DNA of 64,000 nt from Calcarisporiella thermophila CBS 279.70 (GCF_041956535.1 NW_027192203.1:617406-681405), one strand, 5' to 3'. Shown: positions 22,874 to 35,639, counted from the stretch's first letter. The notes: generated by a model not told the origin, from the letters alone. Numbers and translations: made by a program.

Positions 22874-24872
22874 TTACGACACGTGCAAATAAACCACCCT
22901 GTCCTTCAACGCCATCCGGACGTCTTCGTCGGAACTCATGGTCACCAAATCCCCGTCCTCGTCGTTCCACTTGATGCGATTCACCTTGTCGTCCACTTTT
23001 TGGACAACACGCTCCAGGAGCGCATCGAACGAGATGTCCTGCGGGACACAGAGCACATACATATTTTTACCATGAACCAGCTTAAATCGATGCAGCTGGT
23101 CTTGGTGATCGCTGGGGTTTGAGGGGGAGAGGGATGGAGTGCTGGCGGAGTCGGCGGTGGAGTCAGTGGGCTCGGTATCTGTGGTGGCTGTGGATGGAGA
23201 GAAGGAGATGCGCGGGGGAGGAGGGAGGGGGAGGGGAGGAAGAGACAGGAGCCGTGGAGGGAGAAGAGGGGGAAGAGGGGGGCGGGGGAAGTGGCTGCGA
23301 GGGGGGCGGAAGAGGCGGAGGCAAGGCGGACGGAGCCGACGCCGAGCGTCCGCGCACGCCATCCACCTTGGCGTGTGGCCTGCTTTCGCTTAGCGTATCC
23401 ACTTCTTTCTCCCCATTCTCGAGCGCCGCGCTCAACTCGCCATCCACCCAGAGTGCAGGATGGGAGGGTGACATGGGCAGCCGTAAGGCGGCAGGAGATT
23501 TGAACACGCCTGCACCTGCATGCAGCGATGGGGAAGAGGAGGACGAGGAGGTGGAGCTGACCCGCGGGGGGATGTGGAACTTGTCGATCATCGCGGCGGG
23601 GTCGATTAGACTCTCGCGCAGCAGCTTGTGCTGAAGCCCATCCTCATCGGTGGGGGTGGATGGCACCGAGATCGTGCTTGAGATCGTGCTCGAGCTCAGC
23701 TCCGAGAGCGCCCTCTTCGCCTCTCTGGAGGCCGGCCACGGCATGGACGACGGCTGCACGAGAGCCTTTTCGCCGACGAGAGGGCCACGCGACACGTCGT
23801 CTAGCCCGATACGCATATGCCGCATGGACGCAATAAGCTCCGGGATCTCCCCCTGCTTTTTCATCAGACGCCTTAAAACGCTGGCCCACTCGCCTTGAAT
23901 ATCAGCAGTCCGGCACGTGAAGGAAAGGCTGCAATGGTTCTCATAAGCATCGTTGAAGAAAATTTCAAGGAGTGGAGTGCCTAGCAAGAAAGCAGACGGG
24001 GATGTTAGCTTCCTGGGGACGTCGAACACAAGCAGTGGAGGGGACTGGGGGACTAGCTTACCTCCTCTCTGGCAACTCTTGTTCACCTCCACAATGCGCC
24101 GCAGATTCACCTTAATTTTCAGCTTCAGCACCTGCGGTCCTCGCCTATTTCCGACCACACCGAGCGCCTGCCGTGCCGGCGCCGCCTCCTTGAAACCAAC
24201 AAGGGCCCGCTCGAACAGGCATACCCTCATCTCGCGAGGGCCCTGGGGGCCGACCGAAATAAGGAACTGGTCGCTCAGAAGCAGAGCGCCGTAGGCGTCG
24301 GGATCCTCGCCCTTCCAATCCTCAACGAGAGCGCGCAATCTTTGGGGATCGAGTAGCTCCTCGCGGCGGCGCTCCTCGTCGACGGGGGAGAGGAAAGAGG
24401 CGGAGAGAAAATTATTATGCTCGAGAATATCAAGCACACGATTAACGGTGGCAATCACCTATCGGGGGGATATCGGGAAGGAAAAGAGATGAAGACGAAC
24501 CTCGAGCTTACTAACGCCACTAGCACCACCACCCACCTTCATGAATCCACTAAAATCATCGTTGAAAACATCGGCTATGCGGAAGAGCTCATGCTCCTCC
24601 AGCCCCAGTCGGTTGCGGCAGAGGAGCAGAAAATGGTACACATTGTGTTTCATCACATTCTCTTCCGAGATTGCCCGTGCGGGGGGAATGGGGGCGGGCA
24701 GAAGAAGATGTATCGACTGCTTGCAGAACCGCTGCAAATCTCGGTAGGGGGTGGGCGAGAGCATCGAGATATGCGAGGCTACATGGGGCAGGCGGAGGAG
24801 GCGCTGGAGCGTGTTGGCAGAGTGATGATGGAGGATGGACAGCTGCTTTGTGGATGGGGGATTCGCCGACAT
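22874..24872 (-). CDS. Cdc24-like CH-PH-PB1 protein lacking the DH (RhoGEF) domain; apparent +1 frameshift near 23222
   Basis: CDC24-type CH domain (KHNVYHFLLLCRNRLG...LFRIADVFNDDFSGFMKVIATVNRVLDILE), then almost directly VEDWKG...YGALLLSD...REMRVCLFER (PH), then a PB1 domain with OPCA motif (IKWNDEDGDLVTMSSDEDV). Introns about 24459-24536 and 23981-24061. Confidence 0.8.
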
Positions 24873-26334
24873 CACCGCAATGCTAGCAGGCTTGTGCGAT
24901 ATGACCTCGAGAAAGGGCGGGTGCCTGGTCCGGGAAATGCGAAGGATTGGCAGTGAGAGCCGGCCGAGGGCCAAAGTCAGTGGGAGAGCAGGGTCGGGAG
25001 AGGAAGGCCCAGGAAAAGATGCGCTGCCGGTGCAAAGGAGGTATCCGGCAATGAAAATAACATAATCCAGGTGCACGGTTACCAAGTTATATCATTTTTA
25101 TTCAAGCTGTTGCAAACTAGGTTTGGCTTTCCACTCCTTCTCTGTCACAAAACCCACGCGGTTCCTTTTAGAGTTCATTAGCGGCGGACTTTCGAATCAG
25201 GTTAGAGCGGCGGCAGTGATAGGGAGCGAGGGGAGGCCGCCGCCGGCTCAGCAGGCTCAGGCCACTTCCTCGTTCGACCCACCCCTCTCCCCTCCCCCTC
25301 GCGCAGACGGGCCTCATATGGCAAAGGCCGCCAGGTCGCCCCGTCGCAAGCCCCATTGCACGCCGCCGCATACTGCACAACGAGGCCGCGATAAGGAAGG
25401 CGAGCCGGGAATCCATGCTCGTTCAATGACGGCGCTTGCTTAGCATAGTCAAGTCACCATAACGAAAGCAGGGGCGAAAACAGGCAATATACGCCGGAAT
25501 AAAAACAACCACGAAAACGGGGTCCTGAGCCCCAATGGCGTCTGCGGAGGCCCATTTCCACTCGCCATAGTGCGGGTATCGACGTTGATTTGCTCGTGCC
25601 CCATCCTCTCCTAAGATAGGGGGGCCCGCGCTTTCCTCGCGCGTCTCCTCCTTATCGTCGCCGCCCTCTTCCCCCCATGGGTGACTTGTCAGGCCTGCCC
25701 GTCCTTGCCGCCGTTCCGTGCGCACAGGCGTGCAACTCGTAAGCTCAAAGGCGAAGCTTGTGAGATGAACTCTAACTGAAAATCAAACCCGACTAAGGTA
25801 AGAGGGAGAGAGAGAGAGCTATATTATTGCATAAATATCCTACATAAAAAAAAACTGTAAAGAAAATATTATAGGGGGGAAGAATGTTCAAAAGAAAGGG
25901 GAAGAAAGAGTGAAGAAACAATTATACACAAACGCAAATCTTCAACAAAAAGGAATCCGTTCCAATCATATTCAAGTATATATAAACTTTTCAAAGATAT
26001 CATGAGCCTAGTCCACTCCTCCAAGTCTCGAATATCGAAAAATAGCAAAAGAAAACACTTGTACATAGAAGGGGAGGAAATGAGAGAGAGAGAGAAAACC
26101 ATCAGAGATGCCCCTCATTCCCATCTCTCTCCTCCTCCCATCATATTCCAATCCGCTAGGCCTAGGTCCCTCTCCACCTCTCCATCTCTCCTCCCCTCCA
26201 GCACCGCGGGATATAAGAGTTAAGGGAGAAATTATATCAGATATAAAAGCAGACGGGAAAAAAAACCCCCAATTAAACGCCAAATCAAATAGGATATCGG
26301 TGTAGAAAAGATAAACAAAATCCTCTAGCTACGA

Positions 26335-28736
26335 CTAATATTGCCGCACCCGCCTCAACACAAACCGTACATCGGTGGCATCTCCGCGTAGGCCGGCCGT
26401 GGATCCTCCGGAGCCAGTGGAGTGCAGTGAGGCGGCATCCCCATTCCTCTTCACCGCCGCAGCGGGGTCCTGTGTCAGCGCCCACAGGTGGTCCGCAGGA
26501 TTCAGCGCTATCTCGCTCGACGCTCCCCCCACCAGCATGGTGAGGCGATAGGCCAATGGTTCGCCCGTGGTCTGCAGGATATGGAATTTTTCTAGCGCCT
26601 GCGCGGTGGCTTCCGCAACGGTAGCCTCTCCGCCGACCGCCATCATCTTGTCAATCCTCTCTCCACTCTGTGTTTTCTTCTTCCTCTCCCCATTCACGGG
26701 CGCCCCCGGCATGTCCTCCGGGAAAAGCGAAACGCGCATGATCATGGTGCCGACCTGGGGCTTGAACTTCTTGTTCAGCAGGAACTTCACTACATTGTCG
26801 TCGCCGTTGAGCTCGGAGCGGCGTTTCGTGCTGACGCCGAGCCTCTTCACCTCGACAACACCATCCTGTTGAGGGATGCGGCGCAGATGCGTGGTGAGCG
26901 ATTTGTCGTTCGAAAGGTGGGTGGTGAGGGATTGAAAAATAGCAAGCGGAAGGTCCGTGGGCGCCAAATTAAACGATTCTAAGCAACCAACGATGTAAAA
27001 AAAAAAAAAATACAAGTTTCATGAGGATACTAGCCTTGCTAGGTTGAACCTCCTCCCCCCTTTGAAAGGGCTGTTATTCGCTTACCTCCGTTAGGCCCTT
27101 GCGCAGAAAGATAGTACTCCACCGTGCTTGACTCGACCTGCTCCACGTGGAACCGCGACAGAGCTTGTTTTACCAGCTCTTCCGCCGTGGTCTGAGGATT
27201 GACAAGCACCGTCTTAAAGAGGGCGCCTAGTTGCACGTTCCCGGCAAAGATCCTCAGCACACTCAAGCTCGTGGTGACATCCCCGCTTCCAGACATGGCT
27301 GAGGAGGGTAGCGAGTCGACCGAGGCCTTGTAAGAGTCGAGCGATCCACTTGAGGAATGCGACCGATAAGAGTGGCCGTCCTCGTGTTGCCCAGACCCGT
27401 TATTGCGACGGCGAATGGAGGCCATAGAGAAAAATGGGGGCGGATGCTGCAGCATCTTTTTCCGAAAACCTCGCGAGAACAGGCGCAGAAACATTCCCTC
27501 CTTCTTCTCTTTTGCAGGGAGTTCCTTGCGGATAGAGCCGCTCTCGGATTTGCGAGGAGTGGGCGGTAGTGGGCGATTCGCGATTTCATCGGGAAGTTGA
27601 AAGGGTGCGGGTGCGTCTGCGCTTTGAGGGAGCACATCGGACTCCTCTGACTCTGCACCGTTAGTGGAGGGAGCGACACCATTAATCTCTGCAGAGGCTG
27701 CAGCAAGCTCGTCCACCTGGGGAAGAGGATCGGTGATGAACTCGGCGATAAGCGGCTCGGGGATGTTCAGCTCGGACACCAGTATATACGGCTTTGCCAA
27801 ATCTATTCTCGTGGCCCGTTTTTGCTCCACCTCCTCCCCGTCGTCAGGCTCATCCATCATCTTACCGGAGTGGACGGAATGAGATTCCGAGCTGGATTTT
27901 GGCACGGTCTCTTCAGTCATTGTATCCTCCGGCTCATCCTCGTCATCCTCGTCCGACTCTTCGCTCTCGCAGGCAACAATGGGTCGCCTAAATGAGACTC
28001 CTTTGGTTTTTGACTTTTGAGGGAGCTCTTCTTGGGCAATCGCACGTAGCTCCTCTACTAATCGCTCAAGAAACTTTGAAAAAATACGCGTATATAGTTT
28101 AGCATGGGCGGATTATACAAGGCCATAGATGGGGGAACAAAATCACGTACTTCAACATTTTTATGTTTGTTTAGCCGGGCCAATCTTTCATGAGGTGTCT
28201 AGGAAAAATAGACACGGTTAATGTCGAAGGGTTAATTTATGCTGAGAGGGCTCAAAAATTACTTCAACATTCTCGGCGGGGATGTATCCGACCTCTGACG
28301 TCCGTAGGACCTTCACCAACCACCAGTACGTGTTCGTATCATCCAATAGTGACAAGAGGTCGTTTCGTTCCACGCTCGCTTGCCCATCCACAGTGGCTAT
28401 AAAATCATGTAATGCATACACATGGTCAAAGTCAATATCCTCATCGGGGATTGATGGGGAGGAGAGATAGTCCTCGTCGTCCACGAAATCATCAGAACTC
28501 GTGTCATCATCATCAAGCTCCTCATCCATGTAATCTCCGTCTACCAGCTCCATTTCCTCAATGCCTTCAAAGATGACCTACTCATCAGGAAAACGGAATG
28601 TCTGGGTCATTACGAAATAAGCATTGAAAGCCAGCACGGGAGCTAATACCTCTTCGTCCTGCTCAATGTATTCATCCTCAACCTCAGGAATGGTAGTAGC
28701 TGTGGGACGTGGTCTTGCGATGTGGATATCGGCCAT
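26335..28736 (-). CDS. Tea4/Bud14-like SH3 polarity protein with PP1-docking motif and two Ras-association-like domains, multi-exon
   Basis: SPSIPDEDIDFDHVYALHDFIATVDGQA...LLDDTNTYWWLV...GYIPAENVE/TPHERLARLNKHKN; KGVSF near 27990-28005; LRIFAGNV...FKTVLV...ALSRFHV (RA); second MRVSL...ALEKFHI repeat. Confidence 0.82.
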
Positions 28737-31357
28737 GGAGGCTTGTTGATTGACGCTCCTTCTCGTCTTCTTCACCTTTCACTGCCTCAACAAAATTAGG
28801 GCAACCGATTAGTGGGATAAAAAGGGGAGTAAGGGGAAATGGGAGGCGAATGGGGGGGTATTGATTGGTCGTGATGTAGTAGCAATGGGGTGGTCACAAG
28901 GAGAACGATGTAGCAATAACGGCAAGAAGCTAATGTCAAAGTAGATCATCCACCCAATTTTGGTATGTCCTATTCGCGGTTGTCTGTCGACGGATATACA
29001 GGAGAAGAAGGAGCAAAAATTCTCTGCGGAATGAGGAAGGGAGAACCGTTTTAAGGAAACCCCCTCTACGCAGCGCGTTTAATTGAAACCTAAGTGTGGC
29101 TTGCGCGAACAGAATTGTCATTTTTCTCATTTATTTACTTGGGTAGCGAGGACCCAAAAATATCTGGCTCCAATTTTTCCTCTCCATGGTCGAGGTGAAA
29201 AAAAAGGGAGGGGCCCGCGGCAAACAATAAAATGCAAAGAAGGGAGCAAAGGGAAGCTTTCGACGGTCTGTCTTCATCGCCCCCATATTTGTTTTATTAT
29301 GCCTGTGTAAAAACGGGCATGATCCCCGTAGAGCGTAAGGCCAGATAGATTAGCCATCCTACAGTCTATATGTGATCCAGAGATGTAAACATTTCAATGT
29401 CTGCGTTTTTATCGGCGTTGATGCATTTATTCGACCAATTTGGAGTATTCTAGCCTACATGCAGTAATCGCAAATGAATCTATGCATATTTTGAAGTGGT
29501 TCACTTTGATCTTTTTAAAAAAGAGAGGGTGGATTGGATACCTAGGTTAGGTTACCACTTCCTAAAAAGTATATACGCAAAAATGGGTTCCTTATCTGTT
29601 TAACCTAGGGTAAGTTCTAATTAATAAAAAGATATTCCAGCTTCCAAGTGTAGTAATTTGACATACCGACCCTGGGGCCCATCCAAACTAACACTGAGCT
29701 TTCGTGGTGGTGATAGAAGTGTAAAGTAGTCTCAGAGTTACTGGGATCCAGTGCAGGCCCACACTTACTCAGAAAAGTCGGGGTAGGTTTATTCGAAGTG
29801 AAGGATGACTCTATAACTGATAAACGTTCTCAATAGGGGCCTAAAAGCCACCAGCTAATAAAGCCCTCTAGCCATTCACCATACCTAACGGGATAATCTT
29901 CTAGCTTGGCATAAATTCTATTCAATCCAAAAAGAGTTTAAAAGGAACATAGCTTTCATGCAGGGAAGGATTATCGAGGTGGATAGCGCTTAGGGCTTTT
30001 GAAGTCCAAAAAAAAAAAATGCAACTTATCGGATCAAAGCTATGGGCGCAATAGTCAGTTCACCTCCAAATCGACTCAGAAGTAAGATAGATTCTCTCGC
30101 AGCATCTCTTTGTGCGCTTCCTCTTGGCAGTAATCATATCAAGAATATTCCGGGAGGAAACTCAAATCCAAGTAGAAATGCCACACTGGGATTATCGATG
30201 CGTTGAAAGGTTGTTCCCCATCCCTGATAGAGTAGGATTTTCCTGAAGACAATGTCGTGATTTTCAGCCTTAAACAAGTTATAGCTTTAGTACTTGGGGT
30301 CAGGAACCCACACAAAATCCTTCGGGATCAATCAAGGCAATATCCACCGTGCAAAGTGGCGCTTGACCAAGCGCCGTTAAAGTAGCTCAAGAGTAGAAAC
30401 TAGTATTTAAAACGACTGCACTTGGGCAATGAAGCAGCTCAGCGGAAGTAAGCTTAAATAATTGCCGCCTCTTTTACAGTTGCATCCAGACTTTGAACCT
30501 GAGAACCGAAAATCACCTTGGTTTGATACGGTAGGTAAATAATCCAGTGGCAGTGAAAGGAAGTTAATAGAATCGTAAGTTAGTCGTCTTTGCCAACGAA
30601 ATATAGACTACACTTCTTGCACCATGGCATCATCCAACGTGTTTCCGATATATTCTCCTCCTCCTTAACATTACATCCATATATATTGGGCTATGCATAG
30701 AAAAAACTTTAATCCCCTTTTATTTAATTTGCGTTACTGTTTAACTATTTTATGTAGATTTGCTGGAAGGTTAACTAAATCAATTATCATATTATACACA
30801 ACATCCAGTATTAAAAATATTATGCAACTGACTGCTTTTTCATTCGGTCATTACATAAAATATCTAAGGTTAATGTCAACTCAAAACATATGAGTTGAGG
30901 TGTGAGTGGGGCTTATATTTTAAAAGAAATTCTTGCTGAAGTATAGGTATACTATATCCATGGAGGCGAAGTTTTTCCCTGTGGCTATGAATAATAGCTT
31001 TCGTCACCTACCGCATTTGATTTTGATCGATCTTGATTTCCTTATTTTGCGATATGCGCCTTGCTTCTTTTAAAAATGTTTCTCAATTTTTACATTCTCC
31101 GATTCTGGTCACATTTGATAGTAGGCGAGAGGCACTTTACAGATACTAAATCAGAAAAAAAAGAGGAGAGTCAAATCATCCGTTCTATATCTCCTCATTC
31201 CCTTCTTTTGGCTGAATTGAACTGTTTTATCGTCTTTCATTACTTCTCTAACTTATTGCTGTTCTTGTAGTTTCATTTTCAATTTTTATTTTCTTATCAA
31301 AGTGGCGACTTGTACCTACATTCATTCCAAATTCATCTATTCAATCCCATTTCCAAA

Positions 31358-33619
31358 ATGCTCCAGTTAGTGCACCACGAACAACAACAGCGAAAGCCTA
31401 AAGATAGCGCCCACATCAAGCAGAAATTTGGGCGGAAATTCGCCTTCCCTCATGTGTATGTCAAACATGTAGAACATGTTAACCCCGAGGAAGAAGAAGA
31501 TTGGCAACTGAAGACTCCCCCCAAAACCCCCGAGCTACCCCCTGGTGGGGAGGAGGAACTGCCCAGCAAAGAATTCATCGTCGCAGTAAAGGTTCAGGAT
31601 AAAGAGAGAGAGGTAATTGATAATAAAAAGGAGGAATTGAAACTGGAGTTTGTTCCCGCACTGGTCGCTTTTTTGGACCGAGACAAAACCGTCATTTCTT
31701 CTCTATCCAAAGAGTTCGAGAAGTTGGCCAATGAAGAGATCCACAACCAGCACCGTTGGCGCCTACAGACAGCGGCACGTCAGCTTGCCACGCTACTCAG
31801 TCCAACCGAAGAGTTTGATGCTGGAAGAATCAGGAATATTGTGTTCAACATAGGGCGAGAACACGCGGCTCACCGAATCATTGAAATTACAGGCCACTTT
31901 TTGGACTCCATAAAGAGAGAGGAGAGAATTGAGGGTGAAATGGAGTTTGAGCTCGCCAAAGAGGCCTACTGGGATAGACCAAGCGATATGATGAGTTTAT
32001 TGAGAGTGCATCGAGCGGCATGCATCATCGAACATGGAGTAGGCGAAGTATGGACAAAGGGGTGGGTTGTTGGCGTGGGGGCCAGTGAACTCTGTCAAGA
32101 GGACCGCACACAGGCTGCTCAAAACTTACAAAGGCTCCGTGTCACTCTCAACCGTCTCTCTCCACTGATCCAAAGGCTTTCTGCTGAAAGTGCTCATAAG
32201 CTTCTTCTTCACACAATGGAAGCCGAACCCGTGACCTCCATTGGAGGGACCCCTCTCTACGTAGATTCTGTGCACATACAAACTCAAGTGTATAAGGCAT
32301 TGAGCGATTTCGTTAAAAACGAGGAGAGGGCGATGACTCTGGACTTTGCACACGCAGTTGCTCAGATGGGGGCAGTGCGCAAGCTTATCCATGAAAATGA
32401 GCTGTGCTACGCTTGGGAGAAAGCGGGACATGCGGTGAAAAAGTTTATTCTGAATCCGGATCCGATCTTGAGGGCAAAGGCTGTTTCTCGCTTGAAGCAA
32501 GTAATTGAGGCTCTTCCTTTAGTGAAGAATATAGCTCTTGCAGAGGAGAAAATATCTTCTCTTGTTCCGTCCAATCGAGGGAAGATGCGGGAGGGCGGTA
32601 TACGCGCAGTACAAAGCGAAATCAATTCCGTAGTTGAAGCGCTGGTGACCTCGATCCAAAAGACAGGAAAATTACAGTACAACTATTGTCCGCTTACACT
32701 TCTGACCGCGAGCAGCGAAGCTGGCATCATTGCTGACTCATGGACCCAACTTTGCGATTCCATTGAGAATTTATTTGCCTATGCGGTGCAAGCCAGAGAT
32801 AACCGAGGAGTGAGGCAAACTCTAGGGGACGCCAAGGCGCAAGTAATGGACCTTCTCCACTCTGTAAGCCTTGCATTCACAAGCCCTAGCTTGAAAGGCC
32901 AGCCGTGCAGCATCTCCTATGCAGCGGTGGGCGCATTGTACCAGCTTTTGAACGAGGCCGATCACTTTATCCCAGGGGGCGAGAACTATCGCGCTGCAGC
33001 TGAAGGCATACGTAGCGCAAAACTTATGCTTGAATCCCCTACGGAGGGCTGGGCAGGCCGTGATCGAAGTAGAATCTTTAATGTCGAGAGGGTCGAGAAA
33101 AGTCTTATCGAGGCAACAGATGACTTGCGTATTGCTGTATCGAAGAGAGACCGCGGTGTGGCCATCCAATGTGCCGCAGAAGCTGCTCTAGCGTGCAGGG
33201 ATATCACTCATTCGACCTTGCTCACCCTTTCCCACCACCCTTCCCTTGGCTCCGATCACGACACACTGAATGCAGTGCACGGATGCCCTCAAAAAACTAA
33301 GGTGGAGAATATACGTCTACTTGAAGAGGTTCAATCTGCTTTGGACGCGGTGTTCACCTGGCTCCAGGAGGAGCCCTCGCACCCCATTCGTGCCAAATCG
33401 GTCGAACATTCTGCCACCTGGACGTCGAGGGCATGCCAGCGTTGGTCGCGACAATTTAAATCCATTGGCGCAGAAAAGACGTGGGGTTTAAAGCAAGTAG
33501 GGGTTGTAAGAGTGGATAGAATGCAGGAAAACTACAACGAGAGGGGTTGGAGTTTTATTGTAGGGTGCAAGGAGAAGCGAGAAAGTGAAGTGCGGACACT
33601 TACTGCTACCGCTTTTTGA
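31358..33619 (+). CDS. Intronless 753-aa helical-bundle protein resembling the central talin rod
   Basis: Long amphipathic helices with LP/PG-type bundle junctions (EALPLVKNIALA; YQLLNEADHFIPGGENYRAAAEGIRSAKLMLESP), collinear with my recollection of talin R4-R7. No FERM or I/LWEQ domain. Confidence 0.6.
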   Translation: MLQLVHHEQQQRKPKDSAHIKQKFGRKFAFPHVYVKHVEHVNPEEEEDWQLKTPPKTPELPPGGEEELPSKEFIVAVKVQDKEREVIDNKKEELKLEFVPALVAFLDRDKTVISSLSKEFEKLANEEIHNQHRWRLQTAARQLATLLSPTEEFDAGRIRNIVFNIGREHAAHRIIEITGHFLDSIKREERIEGEMEFELAKEAYWDRPSDMMSLLRVHRAACIIEHGVGEVWTKGWVVGVGASELCQEDRTQAAQNLQRLRVTLNRLSPLIQRLSAESAHKLLLHTMEAEPVTSIGGTPLYVDSVHIQTQVYKALSDFVKNEERAMTLDFAHAVAQMGAVRKLIHENELCYAWEKAGHAVKKFILNPDPILRAKAVSRLKQVIEALPLVKNIALAEEKISSLVPSNRGKMREGGIRAVQSEINSVVEALVTSIQKTGKLQYNYCPLTLLTASSEAGIIADSWTQLCDSIENLFAYAVQARDNRGVRQTLGDAKAQVMDLLHSVSLAFTSPSLKGQPCSISYAAVGALYQLLNEADHFIPGGENYRAAAEGIRSAKLMLESPTEGWAGRDRSRIFNVERVEKSLIEATDDLRIAVSKRDRGVAIQCAAEAALACRDITHSTLLTLSHHPSLGSDHDTLNAVHGCPQKTKVENIRLLEEVQSALDAVFTWLQEEPSHPIRAKSVEHSATWTSRACQRWSRQFKSIGAEKTWGLKQVGVVRVDRMQENYNERGWSFIVGCKEKRESEVRTLTATAF

Positions 33620-34153
33620 GGTCTGTCTTATACAAATCCACACGGATGATTTTCTTCAAAGAAAAATGTGAAATGTAACATATTCAAGAGGCAATCGAAT
33701 TCACTGTAATCCTTTTTTTTTCTACACTCCCGTTTTTACACCTTTGTACTGATATTTGTTTAAATATAAAAATTGATTTTTCTAAAGAGTTGTAGTAGGA
33801 ATTAATATAGAATAGAAATAGAATAGACATGAGCGGATCAACTTCCCTCTTCTCCTAGTTCTCCACAAGCTAAACCAAGAAAAATTATTCCTATTCACAA
33901 CGGAAAAAGAAAGAGAAATAGAGTAGAGCAGAAAAGGCAGGTAAGAAGCTGGGGCGGATCGATAGATGAGGGCAGTATAAAAGAATGCATTAGAAACACA
34001 AAAAAAATATGCAAATCACAAGAAGAGGCCTTTTTATATCTTTCCATCAAGGGATAAAAATAAAATCTGTATACCGCGATAGTATATATATATATATAGC
34101 TAGTACAATAGTATTTAAAGAGATGAAGAGAAAAATGGTTGAAGTTGGAACTC

Positions 34154-35639
34154 CTAGTGTTGCTTGTTTGCTTCCACCTCCATACCGCCCTCGAGCACGG
34201 CAACGCGCATATGCGACAACAGGTTTCGAGCCGCGTTGGAGTGGTCGTAGGTGCCTCCGTTGAAAGCGGTGGTCATGTCCTTTCCGATCCCGCTGAGAAT
34301 AAGAGAACGACCTCCGGGATGCTCGTCAATAAAGGCGGCCACGTCGTGGACAACTCCTTCAACCGCGATCAGGGCCCGGTTTTCCTTCTCACATAAACGC
34401 TTCACTAAACGGGGAGAGAGCAGTCAGAGCCACCGGAGGAGGAATGGAATGGAAAGACGGGCTTACACTCTTCAAACGTGATGGTGGGGAGAGTATTGAT
34501 CGGGATGCCCCATGAGAGTTTGGCTCGCTTAATATCCAGCTTTTTCTGCATCATGTTGATGAGGCCGCGCTGCACCTCATTCTCGGGGAATTTTTTGAGA
34601 TTATAAGCGAGGCCAAGGTAGGACATGGCTTTAATAAACCATTTGGTTGGATCGTATTGGTAGAAGCGGATGGCATTGCGGTAGTCATTCGGGAACTCGT
34701 GGTGAACTATGAATATGAAAACAAAAAAGAAAACAGGTGCATTAGTGGGGAACAAAACAGCGCACGGTAAAGCAAATGCGAAAAGAGGATGGTGGCAATC
34801 AACAAATAAAACACAAAGGTATATAGTTAAAGAGAGCACTCACAGTTGTGGTATCCTTCGCCCATGGTCATGATGGCCGTGATGAAATGGTCACGGGGAG
34901 TCCGGCGGTCATCGTACGAGGCCTCGCCCAAGTAATGGGCCAAACTATTGACACAGAAAGTGGCATGATGGACGAAACATAACCGGGCGGTCCCAGCGTA
35001 GAAGTATCCACCCTTCCAGTCCCCCCACCCTAAGCCCGCCACCAGCGTCGGGAAGAGATAGCCCATGCCAATGGCAAAAAGGGGGTAGTACTTGTGTTGA
35101 ATTCGTATGATGGGATTGGCGTCGAGGTCGGTGACGTCTGCGTAACCGATTTTGATGCCTTTGCCGCGATTCACCAGCATCCAGCCAATATGAGACCACA
35201 GCAGGCCACGGTGGGCACTATAGGGATCCTTGTCCGTGTCGGTATAGCGGTGGTGGGCGCGATGTCCGCGCGACCACCACCGGATCGAGCCCTGCACCGC
35301 TCCTGCCCCGGCCAGGGCAAGGTACCACTCCAGGATCGGGTGGGCGTTATAGGCCCGATGGGCCCAGAGCCGGTGGTATCCGCCCGTGATGCCAAGGGCC
35401 GTGATGAAATAGTAGACTACGGCCCATATCAATGTCTTCCTCTGGAGCTCCACCGTCAGCAAACCATAGATGGACGCTAAAGGGGTTCCTATAAGGATCA
35501 CCACGTGCACCCAGTTGACATACTTATACCAGTTGCTAAATGTGATAGGCCCATCAAAGAGAGGCTCCAGTTTCTCCTTCTTCCCGCTGCTGGAGGGAAC
35601 AGAGGTCGTGGTGGTAGTGGAAGTTATCGTTGTCGACAT
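34154..35639 (-). CDS. OLE1: Delta-9 fatty acid (stearoyl-CoA) desaturase fused to cytochrome b5, 3 exons
   Basis: His boxes HRLWAH, HRAHH and HNFHH (spliced across intron about 34707-34843); C-terminal HPGG cytochrome b5 motif. Confidence 0.96.
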
